In this document: in pieces, positions 24,931 to 36,423 of the stretch | Numbering within the stretch: the stretch's first letter is position 1 | How the letters are laid out: each line of letters opens with the position of its first letter | Assembly: GCA_964016885.1 (NCBI GenBank) | Contig: OZ024743.1 | Location: 169,632,001-169,696,000, forward strand | Direction of reading: 5' to 3' | DNA: 64,000 nt | DNA from: Eledone cirrhosa | Taxonomy: Eukaryota | Notes under the pieces: generated by a model | Database searches by the model: none | Seen by the model: the letters and a program-made list of their open reading frames with translations, nothing else | Told to the model about the DNA's origin: nothing | Position numbers and translations under genes: made by a program

Positions 24931-25130
24931 TTACATTTAATTATATCTTATATTATATTATTTTACTTTAGTCTATTTTATTTTATTTTAGTTTACCTTA
25001 TTTTATCTTATTTTATCTTATTTTATGATTATATTATATTATGTTCTATTTTATATAATTTTAATTTTAATTTTATATTATTTTATTTCATTCCTTACCC
25101 TATTATCTGTATATTTTATATTTTATATTT
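24740..25130. repeat. (TTTA)n/(TTTTA)n low-complexity tract
   Basis: Direct read. Confidence 0.9.
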
Positions 25131-25471
25131 TATATGTAAGTTTGTTATATTTTTTTATATTTTCTTATATATATTATAAGTCTGTTTTTCACCTATTTTT
25201 TACCTACTCTTACCTAATCCTATCTATCTTATCTACTCTTGTCTGTTCTCTTATCCATGTGTATGCTTGTATGTAACTATATGTTGACAGCACCCCGCCC
25301 AACTGTGACTGATAGCACCCCTTATGTTTCATTGTTTATTTTATTATTTTTATTTTTATTTTTATTTTTATTCTTATTTTTACTTTTACTTCCTTAATAT
25401 CCTTTATCTTCTATTACTTTTCATTCTTCAATGTCTTGGATTTGTTATTGCTTGTGTGGTATGTAATTAAC

Positions 25472-25529
25472 CTTTATGCTCTGATGAGTCCCACTTATAG
25501 TGCGGATGAAACAATGTTAGCAAGTAAAG
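25472..25529 (+). ncRNA. Minimal type I hammerhead ribozyme fold
   Basis: CTTTA-TGCT-CTGATGA-GTCCCAC-TTATA-GTGCGGAT-GAAA-C-AAT-G-TT-AGCA-AG-TAAAG; bulged stem I; predicted cleavage after 25518. Confidence 0.78.
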
Positions 25530-26788
25530 ATATGCATATGCTATAGGCGTTCTTTGTTATTTATTATATCACGGCTCTGTCCTCAGACATCGAGCTAACC
25601 TTATACTGCCTGCTGGATAAGTGGAGTGTTATACACCCCTGATCCTCTCCCTAGTATACATATATGTATATGTAGATCAATGTATTTATGTATGTGTGTA
25701 TAAGTATATATTCATCTCTGTAGCTTTATAAAGTTATAGGTTTTATTCTGAAAAATGTTTGTATAACTATGTATATGTGGTTTTTATTATAATAAATATA
25801 TAAATATGTGTATGTTTAAGGTTGTATATATATATACATGTGTGTGTATATATAATGTAATTTATATAAATGGTTTTCTTATTTTTTAAATGTGTGTGTA
25901 GGTTTTTCTAATGAAAATTTCGTTATTCTGTTAGAGTACTAGTAAATTTTATTCATTTAAGTATTTTATTGATAATTGATGTTGTACTTCACATTCGTTT
26001 GAGTGCCTTTTTCAATATTGACGTAGTTTATATTTAAATGTAAAAATGTTTCTTGTATTTTTTTATTTATTCTGATTAATTAAAATGAACCAACATCAAA
26101 ACCTTTCATGTTTTACATTCTTATTTTATATATCTCTATCTTTCACTGTCTATTTTTCTATTTCTCTCCCTAAATTTATTTCATCTCTGGCAGTTTATCT
26201 TATTTTATTTTATATCATTTTCACTTCTAATATAACTTACAACTAATTAATCAAATAATTAATTAATTATATAATTAATTTATTAAAATAACCAATATAC
26301 ACATAAATATATTTAACATTATCATATTTATACCTTCGTATCTCTCTATATTTTAACCACTCTCAATAACCACTCTCAATAATCTTAATATGTTTAAATT
26401 TCTTCGCACATTTTTACTTATTTATTTTCATATTTTGTATTATTTTGTATCATCCTCGGTGTAACTTGTTTATTTATTTATTTATTTACATTTATTCATG
26501 TATTAACATTTATTCATTTATTGTTGATATAATTATTTTCCCTCTATTTTTCTTTTTCTCTACCTTTATTTCTCCTTTATCCTTTTCTCTCCTCTTTCTC
26601 TCCTCCTTTCTCTATGTCTTTTTTTCTCTCTATATCTTTCTCTGTTCTCCTTTCTCCTTTTTCTTTTTCCATTTTCTTTCTTTCTTTTATCTATCTCTCT
26701 TTCTTTTTTTCTCTCTCTATCTTTATTATTAATATTATTAATGATGCTGTAATTTGAATTTGTAAATTTACCGGATATTTTTGTAGTT

Positions 26789-26894
26789 GTCTCTGATGAT
26801 CTGATTAGGCTAACATCGTATTTGAAATTGAGTGGCACTGCTTCTAGTGTTCAGCAATTTTTAGACAACTTAATCAGTGAAACAATTGTTAGAC
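26789..26894 (+). ncRNA. Type I hammerhead fold with palindromic stem III and a 79-nt stem II
   Basis: GTCT-CTGATGA-T-CTGATTA...TAATCAG-T-GAAA-CAATTG-TT-AGAC; predicted cleavage after 26890. Confidence 0.8.
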
Positions 26895-27114
26895 TGTAAA
26901 TAAATCCCTTTTCTGTACTGTTGACCATGTTATTCTTCATTTTTTTCAATTTTATTACTCCAAGATAAACTTACATGGGAACACAAGTGAAATCATAAAC
27001 TCGCCACCTACGTAAACCTCTTGTTGAGTCAAACAGTGCCGTACGCTAAAACTATCCATAATAAGAAGTATTCACAACCTCTAACTGGATTACCTATAAC
27101 GATATTTTGTTATC

Positions 27115-27117
<3 letters not shown>

Positions 27118-27209
<92 letters not shown>

Positions 27210-27212
27210 ATA
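27118..27212. repeat. (TA)n microsatellite
   Basis: Direct read. Confidence 0.97.
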
Positions 27213-27213
27213 A

Positions 27214-27407
27214 TTATGTAATAAACAACATAAGATAATTATTTCATTTACCAAAGGTTTCACGAAGACAGACGAGCTTGGCACAATTTTATTTATTACA
27301 AATAAAATTCATTCTGATGATTGAAGGCAAACGTCTGTGCCAAGCTCGTCTGTCTTCGTGAAACCTTTGGTAAATGAAATAATTATCTTATGCTGTTTAT
27401 TACATAA
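27214..27407. repeat. Inverted repeat with 72-bp arms (1 mismatch) and a 50-nt spacer
   Basis: 27214-27285 is the reverse complement of 27336-27407. Confidence 0.95.
27308..27378 (+). ncRNA. Type I hammerhead ribozyme fold
   Basis: TTCATT-CTGATGA-T-TGAAGGCAAACG...CGTCTGTCTTCG-T-GAAA-CC-TTT-GG-TA-AATGAA; triplet GUA, predicted cleavage after 27372. Confidence 0.82.
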
Positions 27408-27679
27408 CTAAAAAGCTCTGTAGCTTACATAGAGCACTCTCTTTTCCTTTACCTTTCCTACGGAAATACTTCAACTATATATTCTATATAATATTTAATA
27501 TAGAAATAGCTTCTACAGGACTAGAACTGTTTCATTCGTAAAACATGATCAGGATTTTCTTGATAATATCTTACGAATTAAATTTTGTATATACTCTACT
27601 AATGTATTGAGTACTTCACTTACTGTGGTTTACCCTCGATTGAACTCGGGACTCACACATATATATATATGTGTGCGTG

Positions 27680-27727
27680 AAATATGAAAATAATTAAAGA
27701 AATGGGGTGCATATATGTGTGTGCGTG

Positions 27728-27759
<32 letters not shown>

Positions 27760-27795
27760 TATATGCACCCCATTTCGTTAATTATTTTCATATTT
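27680..27795. repeat. Near-perfect palindrome of about 116 bp centred on (TA)n
   Basis: AAATATGAAAATAATTAAAGAAATGGGGTGCATATATGTG...CACATATATGCACCCCATTTCGTTAATTATTTTCATATTT. Confidence 0.92.
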
Positions 27796-28291
27796 TCAAT
27801 ATGGACCAATATGTTGACTATACTTCTAAATTGGTAAAAATTCCTGGAATATTCTTTGCATATATTTTCTTTATTTTACTTGTGTGTGTATGTGTATGTG
27901 TGAGATTGAGGAAGAGATAGAATGTGTGTCAATATGTAAGTGTGTGTGTGCATAAGTCCATGTGTTGGAGAGTGTGTATGTACTTACATGTGTGTGTATG
28001 TTTTTTAATGAGTATATAAGTATGAGTATACATGCATGTATGTATGCATGTGCATGTGCATATGTGAATGTGTGTGTGTTTTCCTTAATCTTTTCATGAT
28101 TGCATATCTATTGAAAAACACTGTATTTGAATCAATTAATGAAAAATGTTACTAAAATTAATATTTCATTACTGAGATACGAACTTAATATATGGTTCTT
28201 ATATAAAATTACATTGGAAGATTTAAAAATGAATATGAACCCTTTATAATGGGTCAAATTATTTCATGGAACTGGGGTAGTTAGGAGTAGG

Positions 28292-28853
28292 CAGGGCTAG
28301 ATTTAGACCTTGGAGGGCCCAGGGCACTCTCATACACAAAAAATAAAAAAACACAGCACCCCCTGCCCCTAATTTTACATATCAAAATTATCTTGGTGCA
28401 AGTAATTGGAATTGAAAAGTTATAAATTCAGGTATTTAATTCAAAAAATCTAACCATCCTCATTTTACATCCACTTTCTATACAGGCATGTGGTGGACAG
28501 GTTGTCCAGTCTGAGAGCAGACATAACAGAGCAATCTCATCTTGCTCATACATTATATATTTGGCATGGTTTCTATGGCTGGATGCCCTTCCTAACATAA
28601 CCAATTTAGAGTGTTTACTGGGTGCATTGTTTTTGCCATACCAGCACAACCACTTTACACAGCGACATCAAATACTTTTTATTGTTCTGATAAGAACCTG
28701 TTGCCTCTAAAGTTGAGAAAAATATAGTTCTTATTGTCAAAGCGATAAAATTAAAAGGCCCAGCAGAGGGCACAAATATATTGTACAAGTGTCACTGGTA
28801 GGGTTATCCCCTGCAGGGGCCTGGGCAATTACCCCCTATTAAATCTGGCCCTG
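28292..28853. mobile_element. hAT-like MITE with a nested RTE family 1 3' fragment (about 28453-28670, minus)
   Basis: Termini CAGGGCTAGATTTA and TAAATCTGGCCCTG; flanking 8-mers GGAGTAGG and GAAGTAAG (6/8 match). Confidence 0.72.
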
Positions 28854-29988
28854 GAAGTAAGTTGGTATCAAAAAGGTTAATAAATGTTTGAACATTTGAA
28901 TCAAAAGCATTTTTGTTCAGTCCTAGGAAAATCTATGATTAATGACTTCGTAATTTTTATCATCATCATCATCATTGTTTAACGTTCATTTTCGATGCTA
29001 GCATGGTTTAGATGAGCTGTCCTGTTTACGTTTTTCTTCAGACAAAAAGTATCCAAGACTACATTATGTAATGTGTCCTTCATTGAGAGAAAGAGAGACA
29101 GACAGATTGTATTCATTTTCTCTTTCTCTCTCGCTCTCCCTCACACACAAACACACAACACACACAATACGAAGTATGCCTTCAATTCAAGAGAAGTCAT
29201 CAAGGGAATTATCAGAAATTCTGAGATCAAACCAAAAAGCTACCTACAGTTCTCTCAGTTACTTTCATTTGATTCTTTGGTGCTGTTATTATAGTTCTTG
29301 CATTTCTCACAAAGGGTGGAGGGGAATATGTGTTGTGGTGGTAGTATTGGAGATATAGATTGTGGTTGTGATGGTGGTGATTGTAGTAATGGAGGTTGGC
29401 AGAAAATGTTTGAAGTAATTTAATGCCAGTAAATGGCTGGTATGATTTCTGATCTCTATAATGGTGGTGATGATTATGTGTTGGGTTGCTGGTGGTGGTG
29501 AGGATAAGGCAGATGGTATGCATGATGATGGTGGTGATGATGATGATCGTGATGATGGTGGGGATGATGTTGATAATGGCAGTGATAATGATGGTCAGAT
29601 GCTACTAATAATGTAGATTATGATGGTGATAATGATGTTGATAATGATGTTGCTAGGCAGACTGTTTGTCTTCAGTTTCAGATATTCGATATTTGACTGA
29701 ATGTCTATGAATGCATATGTTTACATAAAGATATATATGTATATATGTGTGTGTGTTTCTGAGTGCATGTGCTTATTATATAATCTAATAACGACTGCCA
29801 TCAAATTAATCCTGTGCAAGCTGAGATAAACTCAAGCTCAGCTCTACTCAGTTCACTTATTATATAAGAATCTTCTTCTCGGGATTAAGTAATATACTCA
29901 ATTTTTTTGCTTGAAAATTTTGCTTAAATCATAATCATCTTACAATCTATATAAAAATATGTAAATACATGATGACTAACATTGGCCT

Positions 29989-30195
29989 TTAACCCTTTTG
30001 TTACCATATTTCTAATAAAGACATTCTTGTTCAAATCAAGAATTTTTGGCATTTAGTCAAATAAACTATCTCTTTATCAAGTTGGTGTTTGGAACATAAC
30101 ATAACAACGGTTCTTTCATAAAATTATGGAAGGTTTTAGATAAAATATAGCACTTTAAAATAAATAGCTTATATAGTAGAATCAGAAGCAACTTC
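29989..30195. mobile_element. TTAA-flanked (piggyBac-like) MITE remnant
   Basis: Starts TTAA-CCCTTTTGTTACC; body resembles 33680-33790; complementary ends ATCAAAAGAG-TTAA (33801-33814) and ATCAAAAAGG-TTAA (28867-28880). Confidence 0.5.
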
Positions 30196-30994
30196 AGATA
30201 TTTCACTGCTTAGTCAGAGAGGGAAGAATAAGACCCCGGAGAATAGTCGAGTAGAAGGAAGAAAGTATCCTCAAACCAGAAATCCTGTTCAAATGCTTGT
30301 AGCTCTGTTCAAATGCTTGTATACTCTTCAAAAGGCACCCAAGGGCCATATGGTAGTGTTAAACTAAACAATGGATTGAGTTTATCACTTGAGTAGGGCA
30401 GAACAGAATTTGAACTTAAAATGCAGAGCAGGAACAAATATTGCAAGGCATCTCATCCAGCACTCTAACAATTCCACCAATCCGCTACTCTGGACTGGTA
30501 CTTTAATTAATCAACTCTGAAAAAATGGATGACAAAAAATGCTTCATTGGGATTTAATGCTGATAGTTGGAACAAATACTGCTACACATTTTACCAAACA
30601 TTTTAAAAACTCAGCTGTTACTTATATAAGGAAGTAGGGTGTACTTTGAAGGCGATACAGCTGCTAATCCTAGCATTGACCTAACAACTACAGACTCTGA
30701 CAGAACTCTTTATTCAGAAATTCCTGTAAATCATCCCCTTTCAACTGTCCTCAACCTTCCTTCTTTTCCTATATGGTATGATCAGAAAACTGATTCCCCT
30801 AAGTGTGTCACTCTGCCATATAAAAATATCTTCTTTTATTTTGTTCTATAGCAGCAGATAGACAGAACTGATTTAAATCTAGGCTACATAGATGACATTT
30901 TCTTCTGACTGTATGTAATATGAGTTTCTTTTATTGTGAAGCTGTTCTTAGTTTTTCATTCGGGTGTTGTTGTTGTTTGTTACTGTTAATGTTG

Positions 30995-31434
30995 TTGTTT
31001 TTTAGCCTCATGTTAACCTAAATCAAGCAGACATTATCATCTTTATTATAATAGCTTTCCAGCCATGACCATCCTGACTTTTTATGGCTAATCTTTAATG
31101 TGTACTTATCTTTTTTAAGATAATAGTGTGATTTGAAATTGTTGTTGTTATTGCTTAGCCCCAGGTTAGACCTGATCAAACATGCCTATTATTACTGACA
31201 TTCCAATAGTGACCATCTTCTCTTCTTAAGAACAATCCTCGCAGACTTACACATTTTTAAGATGGTATGATGTGATTTGAAGCTGTTGTTGGTGGTGATG
31301 TTATTTGATGGTGTTGTTCATAGCTATATTGATGATGATGGTTGTGTTATTAGTTGTTGTTGTTTAGTTCTAGGTCAACTCTGGTTCTGCAGACTTGACC
31401 ACCCTGTCTTTTAGGGATATCTAAAACCACAGCT
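30995..31434 (+). repeat. Three diverged tandem copies of a short interspersed repeat
   Basis: TTAGCC..GTTA.ACCT.ATCAA...TTCCA...TGACCATC recurs at about 31002, 31155 and 31364, with a relative at about 45850-46030. The third copy appears to resume after the RTE at about 32318. Confidence 0.6.
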
Positions 31435-32316
31435 TCTGCTACCTAGGTGACCGAATTAGCAACGGAGGTGGGTGCTCAGAAAGTACAATAACTAGGGTAA
31501 GAACGGGATGGAAGAAGTTTAGGGAACTACTACCACTGCTAGCTGCAAAAGGCTTCTCCCTCAGAATGAAAGGCAGACTGTATGATGCGTGTATCCGAAC
31601 AGCGATGTTGCATGGTAGTGAGACCTGGGCGCTGAAGGTGGAAGACTTACGTAGATTAGAGAGAAACGAAGCCTGCATGCTCCGATGGATGTGTAACAGT
31701 AATATACGTGAACGACAAAGCATAAATGAATTGAGAGAGAGACTGAGCATAAGAGGAATCAAATGCTGCGTGCAGGAGAGGCGGTTACGCTGGTATGGAC
31801 ATGTGATGCGTATGAAGGATGACAGCTGCATAAAAAGGTGCAGAGCACTAGAAGTTGATGGAAACCGCGGAGTGGGGAGACCCAAGATGACTTGGGATGA
31901 GGTGATAAAAGCCGACCTTACCCAACTACACCTCTCAAAGTCAATGACACACGACCGTGACTTCTGGCGTCACGCAGTAATACAGGGTACCCGACCTCCC
32001 ATGGGTACATGCTGAAGCATATAAACAATATGCCCCCCCCCCCCACCGCAAGGTGGTCGTGGAGGTGCCACGGCAAAAAAGCACCCAGCCCACACTGTAA
32101 AGTGGACGTGTAGGCGCCACGAAAAAGCACCCAGCACTCACTGTAAATGAGGTTGGTGTTAGGAAGGGCATCCAGCTGTAGAAATCAAGCCAGATCAGTT
32201 CCTGTATAAGCAAGGCATGGTCAGCCGACCAGACACTGCCCACAACAGGACAACCCGTCTAACCCATGCTAGCGTGGAAGAACGGACGTAAAACGGTGAT
32301 GATGATGATGATGATG
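31435..32316 (+). mobile_element. Well-preserved 5'-truncated RTE family 1 copy with (GAT)n tail
   Basis: Open frame from FCYLGDRIS through ORF 31566-32015 (MLHGSETW, RRLRWYGHV, GRPKMTW); intact 3' UTR. Confidence 0.92.
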
Positions 32317-33629
32317 ACATTATTTCATGTGCCTTTATCATTTTTAAAATGGTGGTGTTTTATTTGAGACAAATTTGGCTGGTATTTCTAGCAGATCTAC
32401 TTAGTAGCTCCTTCACTTGTGTTGTTCATAGTAATGTTCTTGTCTTCCTCCTGGAAAGGCATCTAGCTACTATCTTTCCTCCTTATTAAGCAATTAAAAA
32501 GCAGTTTGTTGTTGTTTACTTGTTAGTTGTTAATTACTAATCATGGCACTAATTAGAAGATATGTAGTTTAATGGAACTGAACTACTGTCCAATTATATA
32601 TTTAATAGAAGAGGAAACTATTTATGACATTGTGCTTCTTGTTGTTTACTTGTTTTGTTTATCTCTTAGTCAGGAAGAAGGGCAGTGTTTATAACCCTTT
32701 CTAGAGCCTTCAAGGCTGGTGAGCAAGAGGGGAAGAAGATATCTTCAGACCAAAGACCTGACCCAAATCATAGCAATAAAATAGACTCTGCTAAGTGTAC
32801 GCAAGGGCCAAATAATGGTGCTAAACTGCAAGATGTCCTATTTAATGCTCTAATGAATCTGCTAGTCTACTGCCCTAAACTGTTACTTTCTGAAAGTCAA
32901 AAGAATGAAAGGCAAAGTTGTTAGTTAATAATTAGGGCAGGGTAATTGAATTACAAATTGTGTTTCAACAGAGCTGAGACTAACTGTCTAATATATTCAA
33001 TGTGAGGAGAAACTATTATAATCTCATGTTTCTTGTATTCACATTATCATCATCATCCCCATTTCATGTCCACTTTCCATGCTGGATGCCCTTCTTAATG
33101 CCAACCACTTTGTAAAGTGTACTGCATACATGAGAGAGTTTGTCATATTCCCAATAAGATTAAAGAACCCCCTCTACTTTATACTGTCTTTGCTTGTTTG
33201 CCAACTACTTTACATATATGTACACAGTTCATTTTGTCATGACACCAGCACTTGAGGGGTTGCATTTTTTCCTGCAAGACTTTAAAGTCCTTTCTACTCT
33301 ATGCTGTATCTATTGATTCAAGGCATACCTGATAAAATATGTAAGGAGAAACTATTCTAATATCATGTTTCTTGTTGTTTACTTATTAACATCATCATCA
33401 CCATCATTTCATATTCACTTTCCATGGTGGCCTGGTTTGAATAGATTGTCACAATCCAAGTCAGTACCTATTCAGAGTGATAGATGGGTCATGGTGCCAC
33501 ATTTCACTCATACATTCCATGGTTTCTACAGTCATATAGTAAAGTTAATAATTCTATCAATTATACATTTTTCTATGGGAAATTATAGACATAGCCATTC
33601 TATTTGTTGTTATTTATTAATCATAACAC

Positions 33630-33814
33630 AGCAATAACAAAATATGTTGTTTGAAAAATACTACCTATGAAAATAATCAAGAATTTCGAGAAATTTAGTA
33701 ATATAAATAACTTTGTCATTATTAACCTGGTGTTTTGAATATAAATGAACAAATATTCTCATATATGATGGTAGGTTTTAGGGAAAAAATCAGGGTCAGT
33801 ATCAAAAGAGTTAA
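33630..33814. mobile_element. TTAA-flanked MITE remnant (right end)
   Basis: Similar to 30040-30150; ends CAAAAGAG-TTAA. Confidence 0.45.
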
Positions 33815-35049
33815 TACAAGAAAAAACTGCTATAGCATCATGCTTTTAGTTGTTTGTTATTTATTTTATTACTTAGTTGGGAGGAAGAAGGCATTGAATT
33901 AGCAGAGTCGTAAAAACAACAGATAGAACACTTTGTGATATTCATTCTATTTTTGCTAACTGAGTTCAAATCTCGTATGGAAAAAATCAGCTGTGTTCTG
34001 ACCTGGAAAGGAGATTTGGCTCTGCCAAGCTTTAAAAAATGCCCAAGAAATGCTGTATATCACTATGGTGTCCCTATTCCCCCATCAGGAGTTAGGGGTC
34101 GATACTATCCTAGTCAGGAGGAAGTGCAGTGTTCATGACTCTCTTCAAAGCCTCTGAGAATGATGAGACCTAGCCTAAACATTTGCCACTCAGTAGACTC
34201 CACTGAAGGCACCCAAGCAGTAGGTGGTGGTGTTTAAACAGGATAACTGATTAAATCTACAACCCAAGTAGGACACTGTGGAGTTTGGACTCAAAAGGCT
34301 GGAACAAATATTGCAAATACTGATGTTATAACAATTCCGGATTCTACTGCCCGAAACTGGTACTTCATTTTATCCAGCTCAGAAGACTAAAAAACAAAAT
34401 TATTATTCATTAATCATGATGAAGTAATTACAAAATATATGGTTTAGAAAAAAATGAAACTAATATAGTTAATGCAAGGAATATAAACTATTACAATATC
34501 ATCATACACCATTTCTGGGATGGTGTTCTTTTGTTGGTCTGCTATTGTTTTGTTTTGTTTTGTTTTTTTTTAATTACAAAATGAATCTGTAAAAATAATT
34601 ATTATATATAGACTCTCTTCCTGCTGTGCATTACTCATCTGTGAAATTAGGGTGGAATCTGTTGTATGACAGAGGAATTAAGGCAATCAGAAAGAGGAGA
34701 GAGGGAAGAGAAGGTAATGTGTCATACCCTGACAGAATTTTGACGCATTGCTTTGTGTGCCTAGACAGGTGTGGTAAAAAAAAACAGGTGTGGTAAAAAT
34801 ACCTAAATGAAAGCAATGGAGAAATCACTTTTGTATTCCCACATGAAAATTCCCTGATAGTCAAATAGCACTTAATATTCCCCTCAGAATATTTCCTGAC
34901 AGACACATAGCACTTGTCAAGGAAGTCACTAAGATTTGTTTGTGGACATGATGGAAGGAAAAAAGAAAGAACAATATATTTAAACAGTTTTTAAGGATCA
35001 GGTTTTCATTTCAGTTTCATAGCATTACATATTTTCATCTTGCCAAATC

Positions 35050-35790
35050 ATTAAGGAGTTTGCTTCCCAATCATTAAGTCCCAGAGTTTGCTTCCCAATC
35101 ATTAGGTCCCAATTTTATCCCACTACATCTCATCTTGGGCAAGTTTCTTTACCATAGCCTCGGATCAACCCATACCTTGTGAGTGAAATTGGTTAGATGG
35201 CAACTGTTTGGAAGCCTGTCTGATGGACTGTATCTATAATTCAAAAAGCTAGTCATGTTACACACTGTGTCACACTGAATCTCTCTGAGAATTACATTAA
35301 GCATACACATGTCTGTAGAAAGCTCAGCCACTTAAACGTTATTTCATGAGCTGGCTGTTCTATTGATTGATCAACTGGAACATTCCTCATTGAAACCATT
35401 GAAGGTCTATTTCATCTGTGAAGTGTAGCATCCTTAGATTTAACATTATCATGTCTTCCTGTGAAGGTACGTGATTTAGTTGTTTGAGTATTTAACTCAT
35501 GATTGTTAGGTCATGAGTTTGATTCACGGTGGTGTTTTTGAGTCCTTGAGTGAGACACTATATTTCATGTTGCACCAGTCCATTCAGCTGGCAAAAATGA
35601 GTTGTACCTGTTATTCAAAGGACCTGCCTTGTCACATACTATGTTATGCTGGATCTCCCTGTGAACTACATTAAGAGTGTGTATGTGTTTGTAGAATGCT
35701 CAACCACTGGCACATTAATTTCATGAGCAAGCTTTTCTCTTATTCAAACAGCTGGAACACTCATTGTTGAAACCACCAGAGGTCTAACAT
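35050..35790 (+). mobile_element. Two adjacent decayed CORE-like SINEs sharing a 3' segment
   Basis: CTTGGGCAAGT..ACCATAGCCTCGG and GTCCTTGAGTGAGACAC motifs; 35255-35410 is similar to 35628-35787. Confidence 0.55.
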
Positions 35791-36423
35791 GTATATATTC
35801 CTTGGTCTTTCTCTTCCATGGGTATTAACTGTTACACTCAGCAATCATTGTCTATTCACAGTCATCACTCCAGTATACATCAGTTTAAGCCTTCAAGACC
35901 TCTATACATTGTTATAAAAAAGTGACCCATCCTAAGAACATACTCTTGAGTCCCAAGTGGGGTGGAAAAATTGGTTGGGTTGGAAAATTGGTAATTTTCC
36001 TAGGTTGTCTTACTTGATTTTTTTAGAAACCAGAATTAGTAGTTTAGTTTACATATTGAGCCCCAACCCATCCTATTTATTTTATAACATATGAGATTTC
36101 TCATAATGTTCTTTTTTTCTCATGCAAAATGATTTTTAATGTCTAAAGAAAATTAATTGTCGAATGAATGCTACCACTTAAAATAAAATTTAACTGAAGA
36201 TAGATTAGCAAATTTTAATAAGTGGGGGGAGGATTAATCGGGGTGGGGGATGATTATTCGAGATCCGAGAGTAGTCTCTGATATAATCATGGAGAAATTT
36301 TCCATCCTAACATAACTACAAACTAACACCCACATAAACACAAACATAACTGCTATGTAAGCAGACACTCACATGACATTGTACATATTTCCATTTGCAT
36401 GGCACACACATACATAAAATAAA

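Noticed and set aside
27505-27595. Minus-strand hairpin followed by GAAAC, a possible further hammerhead
   Set aside because: A stem II-like helix is present but the CUGANGA core is not recognisable.
30283-30321. Small tandem duplications of 13-28 bp (also near 26355, 34767, 35057, 37406 and 58858)
   Set aside because: Ordinary slippage-type duplications with no shared motif.
36222-36275. G-rich segment resembling a DNA transposon terminus or G-quadruplex
   Set aside because: No partner terminus or TSD located.
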